Assembly (NCBI GenBank): GCA_965222115.1
Contig: CBDCTJ010000007.1
Span: 2,080,001 to 2,144,000, forward strand
DNA length: 64,000 bases
Reading direction: 5' to 3'
From: Planctomycetota bacterium
GTDB taxonomy: Bacteria; Planctomycetota; PLA2; JAEUHO01
The notes beneath the pieces were generated by a model. The model did not search any database, was not told the DNA's origin, and worked only from the letters and a program-made list of their open reading frames with translations. Position 1 is the first letter of the stretch. Every line of letters begins with the position of its first letter. Positions 20,236 through 30,063 of this stretch are shown piece after piece. Made by a program: the position numbers and the translations under genes.

Positions 20236-21510
20236 GTGGTCGTGTCGATCTCGGTACGCCATGGCTTGACTTGCCTACTTTGCCCGATGTTGCTTATCGG
20301 AGCCATCGTTTCGGTTGCGGCGGCCGAAGATCCCAAGGCGGTTCGAGCCGTATCAGCGCTTCGCAAGCTTGTCTTGAGCGATGATCTCAATGGCGCTGAG
20401 CAGACCGCGCACGATGTGATGTCGCAATGGCCGGCAAGCCGCCATGCGAAGTGGAATGCCGCCTATGTGCACGCACGTCGCGCCAGTCGCGCACTGCATG
20501 AGCGCCGTGGATCGGACGCGCTGGACGAAGCCCACAAGGCACTCGAGCTTCATCCGGGTCGTGTGCGCTACCTCACGCTGCTGGCCCGCGCGCAATTCAT
20601 GGAGGGCGAGCAGATCGCCGCCGACAAGAGCGTTCAAAACATCTTGGATCGTGCGCCGCGTTATGCGCCTGCTCTGCTGCTGGCTGCCGACGTTGCTGAA
20701 CGTGCGGGTGATTTCGAACGTGCGATCGCTTCCATTTCTGATTACGCCGCGCTGAGACCTGATGATGCCGAGCGCCTTGCGAGTCGTATGGCGGAACTTG
20801 AGCGACGCAAGACCACGGAAGCCACGTACTTGTCTCACTCAAGTGGCAACTTTGACGTTCGCTATAGCGAAGAGGCGGACGCTGAAACGGTGCGACTTGC
20901 GATTACGTTGTTGGAGAATGCCTACAGTCAAGTGACGGCCGACTTGGGGATGCAGCCCAAGACGCAAGCCACGGTCATCCTCTATGCGGATCGAGAGTTT
21001 CAAACGGTCACGCAGGCCCACGGTTGGGTGGCCGGACTGTATCGCGGCGGCACGCTCAAATTGCCACTGAAGAATCTCACGGCGCATCGCGACCGTGCGG
21101 CACGCATTCTCACGCATGAGTTTGTGCACCATGTGTTGCGCGAGCAATCGCCCAAGCTCCCCAGTTGGCTTCATGAGGGCATTGCGCAGTATCTCGAGCA
21201 ACCGCCAAACAACCGCCACGCGCGTTGGCAGGAAGTCACGGCGCGCTTGCGTCCGCTGAAAAAACACGTGCTCAGCGCCAAACAGCTTTCGGGCGTGCGC
21301 ATTAGTGCCACCAAGAGTGGTGCCACCGCCAATCTTCTGTACGCCCAGTCTCATGCGATTGTCGGATGGTTGATTGATATGCGTGGACTTACGAGTTTCC
21401 CCGACTTTGCACGTGAGCTCGCGCGCGGACCCAACCTCGATGATGCGGCCAAGAAGATCTATGGCGGCACGTGGTCGGAGCTTGTGGCGGCCTGGAAGGA
21501 ACAGCTCTAA
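20236..21510 (+). CDS. Exported TPR protein with MA-clan zinc metallopeptidase domain
   Basis: Signal peptide, TPR helices, LTHEFVHH (HEXXH), PSWLHEGIAQY, YAQS. Confidence 0.85.
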   Translation: MVVSISVRHGLTCLLCPMLLIGAIVSVAAAEDPKAVRAVSALRKLVLSDDLNGAEQTAHDVMSQWPASRHAKWNAAYVHARRASRALHERRGSDALDEAHKALELHPGRVRYLTLLARAQFMEGEQIAADKSVQNILDRAPRYAPALLLAADVAERAGDFERAIASISDYAALRPDDAERLASRMAELERRKTTEATYLSHSSGNFDVRYSEEADAETVRLAITLLENAYSQVTADLGMQPKTQATVILYADREFQTVTQAHGWVAGLYRGGTLKLPLKNLTAHRDRAARILTHEFVHHVLREQSPKLPSWLHEGIAQYLEQPPNNRHARWQEVTARLRPLKKHVLSAKQLSGVRISATKSGATANLLYAQSHAIVGWLIDMRGLTSFPDFARELARGPNLDDAAKKIYGGTWSELVAAWKEQL

Positions 21511-21587
21511 CGTCGGTTGAATGCCACCGAGTGTGTTCGACGAACTTTTGGACTGTTACCGAATCGAGTCGTATGCGTAGAAGGGGT

Positions 21588-22391
21588 ATGAACCAGCCCA
21601 AAGTCACGCCGCCCCAACCTGCTTACGCCAAGCGTCCCGCGAAGTCCGCTCCGAGCGGATCACATTCCGTGGCGCCTCCAGACGCGCCGAAAACTCCCGC
21701 AAACACCTTGGCGGTCGATGACGCGACGGATTCTGCAACGACGTTGCCGCAAGCGGTGCTGGAACGCGGCGCGAAGGACCTCTCGCACACTGAGCTTCTG
21801 GAGATCCTCGTCTACTCGCGCGGTGGCCCCAAGGCGGCGCGTCAGTGCGCGCGGGGCCTCATGTCGATCTTCGAGTCCCCCGCGGGCATCGCTTCGGCAA
21901 CTCAGGAAGAGCTCACGTCGGTTGCGGGCGTTGGGCCGGTGATCGCCGGTCGCCTCATGGCAGCGTTTGAGTTGGCACGACGTGCACGTGAAGAACCCAT
22001 CGCCCGTGGATCTCCCCTTCGTGCGAGTTCCGAGATCTTTGGTGCCTTTCACGAACGCATGCGTGAGCTTAAGAAGGAGCGCTTCTTGATCGTCATGCTC
22101 GATGGAAAGAACCGCGTGATCCGTGAAGACCTCGTGTCGGAAGGCATCCTCACGGCCAGCCTCGTGCATCCCCGAGAGGTATTCTCCCCGGCCATTCGCG
22201 CCTGCGCCGCAGGCATTGTACTGGTCCACAACCATCCCAGCGGAGACCCCGAACCCAGTCCCGAGGACATTGAGATCACCAAACGCCTCTCCACGGTCGG
22301 GGAACTCATCGGCATCCGTGTGCTCGACCACGTCATCATTGGCGACGGGAGATACGTGTCGTTCTTAGAACGGGGACTGATTAGTGTGTAG
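21588..22391 (+). CDS. radC: RadC family JAB-domain protein
   Basis: GAKDLSHTELL, HhH GVGPVIA, KERF, LVHPREVF, HNHPSGDPEPSPED, VLDHVIIG. Confidence 0.93.
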   Translation: MNQPKVTPPQPAYAKRPAKSAPSGSHSVAPPDAPKTPANTLAVDDATDSATTLPQAVLERGAKDLSHTELLEILVYSRGGPKAARQCARGLMSIFESPAGIASATQEELTSVAGVGPVIAGRLMAAFELARRAREEPIARGSPLRASSEIFGAFHERMRELKKERFLIVMLDGKNRVIREDLVSEGILTASLVHPREVFSPAIRACAAGIVLVHNHPSGDPEPSPEDIEITKRLSTVGELIGIRVLDHVIIGDGRYVSFLERGLISV

Positions 22392-22453
22392 ACACGCGCG
22401 AGGCATGGCGTGTCCCAACGCGTGCGAACCACTGGCAGCACGCGCATGCAAAC

Positions 22454-23329
22454 TCAATGTCTACGCAGTCGCTGAGATACCGCATCGCACCAATTGTCGA
22501 TCGCGCCATCGGGATCGCCGCATTCTGCGACGTAGAGATAGGGCTCAATGAGCTCAAGCTCAACGAGTGCTGGACCGGATTCCATGGGCACGAGATCGAC
22601 TCTTGCATAGAGCAACGGAGGAATCTCAAGGAGGTTGCGTGTGATCCGGAGTACTTGCTCCGCCACGTCGCGTTCGGTTTGTGAAGGCTCGTAGGAGCGC
22701 GTCATGCCTCCGAGATGTTCTTGCACGCGAAAGTCCCCCGGCGCCGGCGTCTTGACCACCGCATGCGAAAACGAACCGCCAAAGAACATGAGCGATCGCT
22801 CGCCTTCCGCTTCGATCTGTGCCACATACGGTTGGACCAGGACGGGGCCGCTTTCTAGCAACGCGTGGAGATGAGACGTTGCTTCTGGCGCAGTCGAACT
22901 CAAGTGACGCTGCGTGCCTCGCGCCCCAGCCGACATGGCAGGCTTGATAACGATCGGACCACGTACTGTGAGCGGCGTGTCAACGTGTGTAACAAGTTGC
23001 GTCGGCACGATGGGCACGCCCTTGCTTTCAAGTTCGAGCAGGTACGCCTTGTTCATGTTCCACGCCACCGTCTTGGCGTCGTTGAGCAATTGGCACACTT
23101 CGTCTGTACGGCAAGTCCAAGCGAGAAACTGCTCGATATGGTCAAGGTAATTCCATGTCGAGCGTACGATGACTATGTCGACGTCATGCCAAGGCAGATT
23201 AGGTTCGTCCCAGCCCCAAACGGCGGTTGCGAAACCTCTGCGGTTCATGGCCGCGGCGAGCGCATCCGTTTCGGATTCTGGATGCGGCAACGAGCTGGCC
23301 GTCGCTAACACGACCCGCGGCGAGTTCAT
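22454..23329 (-). CDS. RimK/glutathione synthetase-like ATP-grasp protein
   Basis: RSTWNY, WNMNKAYL, IKPAMSAGA, VQPY, GERSL, DFRVQ, YARVD, ELELIEP. Confidence 0.88.
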   Translation of the reverse strand: MNSPRVVLATASSLPHPESETDALAAAMNRRGFATAVWGWDEPNLPWHDVDIVIVRSTWNYLDHIEQFLAWTCRTDEVCQLLNDAKTVAWNMNKAYLLELESKGVPIVPTQLVTHVDTPLTVRGPIVIKPAMSAGARGTQRHLSSTAPEATSHLHALLESGPVLVQPYVAQIEAEGERSLMFFGGSFSHAVVKTPAPGDFRVQEHLGGMTRSYEPSQTERDVAEQVLRITRNLLEIPPLLYARVDLVPMESGPALVELELIEPYLYVAECGDPDGAIDNWCDAVSQRLRRH

Positions 23330-23341
23330 GGGAATGGGCCC

Positions 23342-25372
23342 CTACGCCTTTGCGGGAAATGCGCTGAGATCTCCTTCGTCGGCCTCATCCGCTTCGTCTT
23401 TGGCTCGAACGATTTTGCTCTCAATGATGGCGAATGCAGAGCTCATCACCATATAGAGCGCCAACGCGGCCGTGTAGTTGTAGAGAATCACGGCGAAGAT
23501 GATGGGTAGCCACTTCATCATCTTCATTTGTTGGGCCTGTTGCTCGTCGGCCGGTTTGGGCATGCTGCGCGTGTGCCAGATGGACAGCGCCACCATGATG
23601 AGCGGCAAGATATTGAGGGATCGAATGTCGAGAATACCCAAGTTGAGAACGCTGCCGCCGAAATCGATCAACTTGTCGGGTCCCGACAGGTCATCGATCC
23701 AAAGGAAGGGCGCGCCACGCAGGGTGTATTCCACGCGCAACGCCGAGAAGAGCGCAAAGAAGATGGGAATCTGAATGAGCATCATGAGACAGCCGGTGGG
23801 GAAGCCCACGCCGTTCTCGCGATAGAGCTTCATCTGCTCGTCGCGCAACTTCTTGGGATTCTTGGCGTAGCGTTCTTGGAGTGCGGCCACTTTGGGCTTG
23901 AGCTTGGCCACCCGCTTGCCGTAGCGACGCATGGAGAGCTGGTTCTTGATTGAGATGGGCATCATGGCGCCACGCACGCAGAGCGTCATCAGAATCACAC
24001 CCACGCCCGCGCTTCCAAACAGATTGCGCCAGAAGTCGTAAAGCCACAGCAGAAACTTGGCTACGAAGTCGAACGCGCTCGGATAGGTAATGACCGAGTT
24101 CAAGGGCTTGTAGGCGTCTTGACCCAGCACGTCGCGCGCAAGGGGACCGGCGAAAATGTTTAGCTCAACGGGTGCGGCGCTGGCATCTTGCTCTAGAATT
24201 GGAAGTTGAAGTGTGATCCACGAAAATAGCGCGCTTTCCGCACCGGGTTTTACGCGCTTGGCGGCATAGTTGTCTTTGCCAACGATGTCACGGCCGCGTT
24301 CGTCCTTCATGTACTTGATGATGGCTTCTTCCATCAATCCACGCTTGGCGGCTTCTTCTCCCGTGGCCCAGAATGCCGTGATGGGGGGTTCATTGGCGCC
24401 GCGCTCTGCGCCGTAATACAGCAATGCGAAATAGTGTGAGCGTGATCCCAATACCCGCAGCCGCTTGGGCTGTGTGCCGCGCAAGTCCAGTTCGTGGTAT
24501 TCGAGTCCAAACTGGTGCGTATCTTCTACATCTTCCGTATCGGATGTGCGTTTGACGATAGCGCTGGGTGTTGCAAACGCGCCTTTGAAAATCTCGCGAT
24601 ACTGCGATGCGGATACGAGCATGTGCAGAGGCAGCACCGCGTCGGGCGCCCCGTCCTGCTTTTCACCGGCGCGGCGCGCCTCCATGCGCAACGTAATATC
24701 GAATCGCTTATCCCCTTGGCCCAACACCCATTGCTTGCGAAGCGTTATGCCGTTGCCCATGTCAAAGGTGTAGACCACGTCGCTGGCGCCCGTCTTGGCT
24801 TCAGTGGCCGAGTCGCGCGTCCAGTGGAGCCTACGCAGGGGTCCCGGCAAGACATCGCGTCGACTGGCTTCACCCGGCGCGATCCGTCCACCCACATCGA
24901 TGTCGTCCAGCTGACCGATTTGCATCGTGGGATCCTTCGGAACCACGAGATCGATGGGTGTCTCTTGATCAGCCTCGTCGGCACGCAGCAGCCGAATGTG
25001 AGAGATCGCGCCGCCCAAACTCGTAAATCCGACTTCCAGCTCGGTGCTCTTCAGGACGGCGTCCGATGCGGTTACGGCATGTTGTGGATGCCTTGAATCG
25101 TCGACCACCGGTCCCTTCGTAGACGCACCACCATTGGGCTTGTCGTTCGTGGGGGGCGTGTTCGGGTCACGTGGCGTGGACGGGTCGTCCCCCGACGGGT
25201 TGGATACCGACGTGTCGTTGCCTGCTTCCCCGTTGACAGGTTTCCCATTGGAGGTGTTCTCTGCGCTCGCGTCCTGCTTCTTTGGCGGCGGACGCAAATG
25301 ATTCATAAGCGCCGAGTACCCGGAGATCGCGAGAAACGAGAGCACGATGGCCAGCAACATCCGGCGTTCCAT
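23342..25372 (-). CDS. yidC: Membrane protein insertase YidC
   Basis: MERRMLLAIVLS, large periplasmic domain, GVILMTLCVR, LKPK..LQERY, GCLMMLIQIPIFFAL, FLWIDDLSGPD, LNILP. Confidence 0.95.
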   Translation of the reverse strand: MERRMLLAIVLSFLAISGYSALMNHLRPPPKKQDASAENTSNGKPVNGEAGNDTSVSNPSGDDPSTPRDPNTPPTNDKPNGGASTKGPVVDDSRHPQHAVTASDAVLKSTELEVGFTSLGGAISHIRLLRADEADQETPIDLVVPKDPTMQIGQLDDIDVGGRIAPGEASRRDVLPGPLRRLHWTRDSATEAKTGASDVVYTFDMGNGITLRKQWVLGQGDKRFDITLRMEARRAGEKQDGAPDAVLPLHMLVSASQYREIFKGAFATPSAIVKRTSDTEDVEDTHQFGLEYHELDLRGTQPKRLRVLGSRSHYFALLYYGAERGANEPPITAFWATGEEAAKRGLMEEAIIKYMKDERGRDIVGKDNYAAKRVKPGAESALFSWITLQLPILEQDASAAPVELNIFAGPLARDVLGQDAYKPLNSVITYPSAFDFVAKFLLWLYDFWRNLFGSAGVGVILMTLCVRGAMMPISIKNQLSMRRYGKRVAKLKPKVAALQERYAKNPKKLRDEQMKLYRENGVGFPTGCLMMLIQIPIFFALFSALRVEYTLRGAPFLWIDDLSGPDKLIDFGGSVLNLGILDIRSLNILPLIMVALSIWHTRSMPKPADEQQAQQMKMMKWLPIIFAVILYNYTAALALYMVMSSAFAIIESKIVRAKDEADEADEGDLSAFPAKA

Positions 25373-25493
25373 CGTTTGACTCCTTTAGGTTGGTTGCGGC
25401 GCTGTACCCGCGATGGCGCCAGAGTGTACGTCTCACCGAGAGGGTGGTTTCAGATTGCCCGAGCGGTATCGATTCCCGCGTTTGCGTGTCGAT

Positions 25494-26252
25494 TTATCGC
25501 CCTACTAACAGCCGATCAGCCAGGAAATTGGGAATGCGCTCCTCGGCGTAGATCTTGTCCACCGTGGCTTGGATGTCGTACTCAATGCGGTGAAAGCGCA
25601 CAATGTTGCCATCGAAGGTCACGTATGAGGCGCGTGAGTCACCGTCTCGAGGCTGCCCCACACTGCCCGTATTGATCAGAATCTTGCGATCCCCAAGCTT
25701 GCGTATGTCGATGGCACCACCGACCTGTTCGGGCGAAGCGTGTTTCATATCCGATGTGTAGATGTGCGGCACATGACTGTGGCCAATGAAACAGACCTTT
25801 TTGATCAACTCGAAGATGCCTTGAATCTTCTCCTTGTTGCGAATGTCGGCCGGCATGACGTATTCGCGGGTGGGCGTGCGCGGGCTGCCATGCGTGTACA
25901 TCACATCTTCGTCTTCGACAATCTGTTGCATCGTGCCGAGAAAGTTCCAGAGATCGTAGTTCTCGGTGCGCTCAAACTCGGTGCTATTGAGCTGATCTTT
26001 GGTCCACTCAAGCGACGCGCGCGCTTTGGGGTTGAAGTCTTCGCCGTAAAACATGACGGCCTCTTCATGGTTTCCCATGATGGCGACTTCACTTTGAAAG
26101 AGCATTTGCAGGCACTCACGGGGATTGGGCCCGTAGCCAATAATGTCCCCAAGGCAGATAATTCTGTGCGCACCCCTACTCGAGGCGTCGTCGAGTACTC
26201 GTGTTAGCGCCTCGGTATTGGAGTGGATGTCGGCCAGAATCGCAATCGTCAC
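25494..26252 (-). CDS. Calcineurin-like metallophosphoesterase
   Basis: DIHSN, GDIIGYG, GNHE, HGSP, GHSH, NTGSVGQPRDGD; GTG start at 26252 with AGGAG RBS. Confidence 0.92.
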   Translation of the reverse strand: MTIAILADIHSNTEALTRVLDDASSRGAHRIICLGDIIGYGPNPRECLQMLFQSEVAIMGNHEEAVMFYGEDFNPKARASLEWTKDQLNSTEFERTENYDLWNFLGTMQQIVEDEDVMYTHGSPRTPTREYVMPADIRNKEKIQGIFELIKKVCFIGHSHVPHIYTSDMKHASPEQVGGAIDIRKLGDRKILINTGSVGQPRDGDSRASYVTFDGNIVRFHRIEYDIQATVDKIYAEERIPNFLADRLLVGR

Positions 26253-26523
26253 GAACGTCTCCTGAACATCGGCAGCGAGCCGGAGAAAATCGCCCAAGAC
26301 GATGTCCGTTCCACCAATGTGGGCCCAAGCCGGTGGGCGCTCGGGGCGCATGATCTTAGCCGGGAGGCAGCCGGGCCACCCTCCCAAGAGGGAGGCATTT
26401 GACGTTGTTCCGACGCCCACCCCGCGTTGGCTGCTTCCTCAGCCCACCCCGCCGTTCGGTTTGGCCTGCGTGGCACGCGCGCCGATTGTCTCGGGAGAGG
26501 CCTATGACGTGCAGTCCCACCAA

Positions 26524-26574
26524 TTGCAACAACAGGTGGGGGTGGTAGGCTTTTGTCACCACGACAGGTAGTGG
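26524..26574 (+). promoter_or_regulatory. Sigma70-type promoter overlapped by tandem NrdR boxes
   Basis: -35 TTGCAA (26524), extended -10 TGgTAGGCT (26543-26551); boxes caaCAACAGGTGGggg (26527) and ccaCGACAGGTAGtgg (26559) lie 32 bp apart. Confidence 0.7.
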
Positions 26575-26701
26575 TCCCGGAAATCCGCGGTTGCGCGCCT
26601 CGCAGGGAGCCGCCGACCGTCTGCCCGGGCTGCTTCCATACCGCCTGGCGGTGAGTTCGTGCCCACGAGGGTAGACGCGGAAGTTCCGTGTCGCGGGAGG
26701 C

Positions 26702-27199
26702 ATGATGCGCTGTCCTTTCTGCAAAGAGGACGACGACAAGGTCATTGACTCGCGCGCAAGTGGCGATGGCTTTGCCATTCGTCGCCGGCGTCATTGCCAG
26801 GGCTGCGACCGTCGCTTCACCACCTATGAGCGGATTGAGGAAAGTCCGCTGCGGGTGGTCAAGAAGGACCAACGACGCGAACCGTTTGAACGACGCAAGG
26901 TCCTTATGGGCTTGCTTCGGGCGGGCGAAAAGCGCGCGTTGTCCATCCAAACGCTCGAAGACATCACCGAGCGCGTGGAAAACCGAATTCTCGAAAACTA
27001 CGACGCGGAAGTACCCGCCGAATACATCGGGGAGTTGGTTATGGAAGAGCTCAAGAAGGTGGACCAAGTCGCCTACGTCCGATTCGCATCCGTGTACCGA
27101 GACTTTCAAGACATTAGCGAGTTCATGGAGGAACTCAAATCCATGCTTGCAAAGAAGGGAATACGAACGCGTCCGTCCAATCGGACACGCGATTCGTAG
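26702..27199 (+). CDS. nrdR: Transcriptional repressor NrdR
   Basis: RCPFC, VIDSR, IRRRRHC..C..RFTTYER, ATP-cone, VAYVRFASVYRDF. Confidence 0.98.
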   Translation: MMRCPFCKEDDDKVIDSRASGDGFAIRRRRHCQGCDRRFTTYERIEESPLRVVKKDQRREPFERRKVLMGLLRAGEKRALSIQTLEDITERVENRILENYDAEVPAEYIGELVMEELKKVDQVAYVRFASVYRDFQDISEFMEELKSMLAKKGIRTRPSNRTRDS

Positions 27200-27410
27200 C
27201 TAGGCAATCCGTCCCACCAGTCAGTCCCACCAATCCATGTCCATCCATTCCATGCGCCGAGACGGAAGGGTCTGGTGCGTCCCACACAAATCACATCGCG
27301 AACATGACGAAACCATTGAGGGAGAACGATCGCTTGATCGACCGCCACGCCCACTCCGATAACGTCCTTCCAATTGGTGGACGTGCGATGGGCCCATGGG
27401 ATGCCCACGC

Positions 27411-29819
27411 GTGAAGTACGAACACGGGCGACAAGTTCGTAAGCGCGACGGCCGGTTGGTCCTCTTTGAGCGCGGCAAGATTGCCGACGCGATCTTTCGG
27501 GCTGCCAAGTCTGTGGGCGGGGAAGACCGCTTTCTTGCCGAACAACTCGCGGGCATCGTGGCGCATCGGGTCATTACCACTGTCCGATCGGTGCCCACCA
27601 TCGAAGACATCCAAGACGCGGTGGAAAAGGTCCTCATTGAGGCCGGACACGCGCAAACGGCCAAGGCATACATTCTCTATCGCGATCGCCGTGCCCAAGC
27701 GCGAGCAACGCGGTGCGTCATTGACGATGCCGAGGGCGCTGCCATTGGCGCCACGTTCGTGGGAGGTGACGACGCGTCGCTACGGCGTTTCTCAAAGTCC
27801 GAGATTGCGAACGAAGTGGCGGGGGCGGACGGACTCGACAATCGCACGGCGGAAGACGTTGCGCGCTCCGTGGAAGATCGCATCCTGCGCTCACCGTTCA
27901 AACGCATCTCGCAACAGACCTTGGTGTCGCTGGTGCGCGCCGAATTATTCGACCGCGGCCATCTCACGCGGTACGGCGAAGCCGCGGTGCTCCACGATGC
28001 ACGTTTTGCCGCGCGTCATGTCCTGGCGTTTGGCGATGAAACGCGTGCACCGCGTGCATCCTCAATCGATGTCGATGGTGCGACGGCGACGCACGGATTC
28101 GCACGCGAACCTTCGCCGTTGGCCGTGCGTTCCAATCCCGGCGCGCGACTTGAATGGCTTGGTGAGCACGTGCTTGGCACACACGTTCTTTCTCGCGAAC
28201 TGTCGCCTGCAGCTATGGAGGCGCATCGACTCGGCGATATCCATTTTTATGACGTCGGAAGTCCGTTTCGACTCACAGCGTTGAGTCTGGATGCCGTTAC
28301 GGCGTGCGCGCCGCTTCTTTCGGGCAACGAGTTCTCTCGTGACCATGCCCCTTTGCGGGCATTTCATGCCCTGTCATCGGCCGTACTTGCCTTCGCTCCC
28401 CTCACGTCACGAGGCCTGTCACTTGAGCACGTGAATGTGTTTCTTGCTCCCTTTGTCGATCATCTCGATAGTAGCGTCTTGGCCGAGTCGATTCGTGCGT
28501 TCTACCTGTCCCCCGCATTGATTGCACCGCGCTTTGGCGCCTCGGCAGGGCGAGCGTCGAGCGCCACAGTGGAATTGCTGCTAAGTGAGTCAGTTCCCTC
28601 TTGGCTCCGCGACGTGAAAACACCGGGCCCTGCTGCGCCGGGACGCACCTTCGGCGACTTTGACGACGTCGCCGAGCGCGTGGGGACGATGATGTTACGC
28701 GAGCTCGATGCGCTGCGACAACGTCGTCATCCTCCCGCGGTACGCGTGGCGGTGGTTGCCACGCGCGACTCGGGCGAAGTCAGCTCTTCAAACGGGTCGT
28801 CACGTGAGTCCCTCAGGAATGAAGCGCTCCGACACGCAGCTCGGGGCTGTGAACTTGCCGTTGCCATCGACGAGGTCCGGATGCCGCGACGTGGCCCCCT
28901 GTGGTTTCGCGTTGCCGAGCACGAAGTGGGGGATCCGTTTCGGTTCGCTCGCGGCGATGTGACCATTGGAAGTCTTGCGGCAGTCAATATTCGCGCCGTT
29001 GTCAAGCGCGTTGGCCGTGCAGGTGTAGACGACGTTCTGCGCGAGTCGAAGCGGTTGATGACGTTGGCACTCGAAGCTGCGGTGTTTCGCAAGCAAGTAC
29101 AACGCGCATCCAGCGCTCAACCGGGAGGGGCACTTTACGGCGTGCGCCGCGAACGTGATCCATTGGCAGATATCGACGACGCGTTTCATGTCATCGAGTT
29201 GGTTGGGTTGGATGCCTGTGCTCGGGTAGAACCTGGTATCGATCCCATCGAGGCAGTGGAATGCGTGCGAAATGCACTTACCGCGGCGCTTGCGCACGAA
29301 GCGGCAGCACGCGAGCTGCGCGCCGTCTTGATCGAGAACGCTCACGATGAATCGCGCACACGATTCGCCGCGCTCGAGTTGGTGCGCTTTGATCGCGCGG
29401 CCCATGCCACCGTGCGTGAGCCTGTTCGCGCGGCCAATCGAAGTAGCACAGACCCAAGTTCTCCTATGTATTCATTCGCCTCGGGATCATCAAAGCCAGT
29501 GTCCTCAAAGTCAGTGCCATTAGAGCAAGGGTCGCCTAAAATTGAGCGCACCTACACCGGGTTCGAGTCCAATGCATCGCCCACACTTGGCTTGTCCTCG
29601 TCCGTCGCTCGTTTAGACACCTTCATGCCTGCCGGACGACTGGTTGGCTACGAATTGCGCATGAATGCCGAGTCACCACCCCATACGACCGAGTTGCGTG
29701 CCCAACTGGAGCGTGCGTTCGGTGATCCATCGGCCTTCGCATTTCGTGTGACACCGTGGCCACGACGCTCGATTCTTCGCTCGCGTTCCGGGTCCTACGG
29801 TGCTGACGGGGAGGCCTAA
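27411..29819 (+). CDS. Degenerate class III ribonucleotide reductase (NrdD)-like protein with two ATP-cones
   Basis: VRKRDG..F...KIADAI, IEDIQDAVEKVL, TAKAYILYR; second cone; AHRLGDIHFYD, VNVFLAPF; catalytic Cys motifs and C-terminal Zn/glycyl-radical domain not found. Confidence 0.8.
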   Translation: MKYEHGRQVRKRDGRLVLFERGKIADAIFRAAKSVGGEDRFLAEQLAGIVAHRVITTVRSVPTIEDIQDAVEKVLIEAGHAQTAKAYILYRDRRAQARATRCVIDDAEGAAIGATFVGGDDASLRRFSKSEIANEVAGADGLDNRTAEDVARSVEDRILRSPFKRISQQTLVSLVRAELFDRGHLTRYGEAAVLHDARFAARHVLAFGDETRAPRASSIDVDGATATHGFAREPSPLAVRSNPGARLEWLGEHVLGTHVLSRELSPAAMEAHRLGDIHFYDVGSPFRLTALSLDAVTACAPLLSGNEFSRDHAPLRAFHALSSAVLAFAPLTSRGLSLEHVNVFLAPFVDHLDSSVLAESIRAFYLSPALIAPRFGASAGRASSATVELLLSESVPSWLRDVKTPGPAAPGRTFGDFDDVAERVGTMMLRELDALRQRRHPPAVRVAVVATRDSGEVSSSNGSSRESLRNEALRHAARGCELAVAIDEVRMPRRGPLWFRVAEHEVGDPFRFARGDVTIGSLAAVNIRAVVKRVGRAGVDDVLRESKRLMTLALEAAVFRKQVQRASSAQPGGALYGVRRERDPLADIDDAFHVIELVGLDACARVEPGIDPIEAVECVRNALTAALAHEAAARELRAVLIENAHDESRTRFAALELVRFDRAAHATVREPVRAANRSSTDPSSPMYSFASGSSKPVSSKSVPLEQGSPKIERTYTGFESNASPTLGLSSSVARLDTFMPAGRLVGYELRMNAESPPHTTELRAQLERAFGDPSAFAFRVTPWPRRSILRSRSGSYGADGEA

Positions 29820-29929
29820 GTGCGGTCTGCTTTTTGCACAATTTTCGCCCGTCAAAGCTGGCCCGTGGATGCTCTACCGAGTGGATCTGGATTAGACTGT
29901 TCGGGCGGAGCTGATTGCGCGGCGACGTG

Positions 29930-30004
29930 CCTGTTCAAATTCAACCTGTTCAAATTCAATCTGCTCAATTTCAAAAGACTCGTTTTCAACAGACTCGTCT
30001 TCCG
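29930..30004. repeat. 15-bp tandem repeat, five degenerating copies
   Basis: CCTGTTCAAATTCAA x2, TCTGCTCAATTTCAA, AAGACTCGTTTTCAA, CAGACTCGTCTTCCG. Confidence 0.85.
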
Positions 30005-30063
30005 GGTTCTGCGTACACGCCGTTTTGATGGGCCGCGTACTTGTGTGCTGAAGAGGGCAAGCA

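Noticed and set aside
21588-22391. radC as a marker of a prophage or mobile element
   Set aside because: It is the full-length chromosomal type with an HhH motif, and no integrase or phage genes are nearby.
27211-27253. Short GTCCCACCA duplications after nrdR
   Set aside because: Two to three degenerate copies only; looks like local slippage.
29630-29655. RLVGY in the NrdD-like protein as the glycyl-radical motif
   Set aside because: By order of landmarks it falls in the last barrel strands, before the position of the missing zinc ribbon, and is not preceded by CxxC pairs; probably coincidental, though an alignment is needed to be sure.
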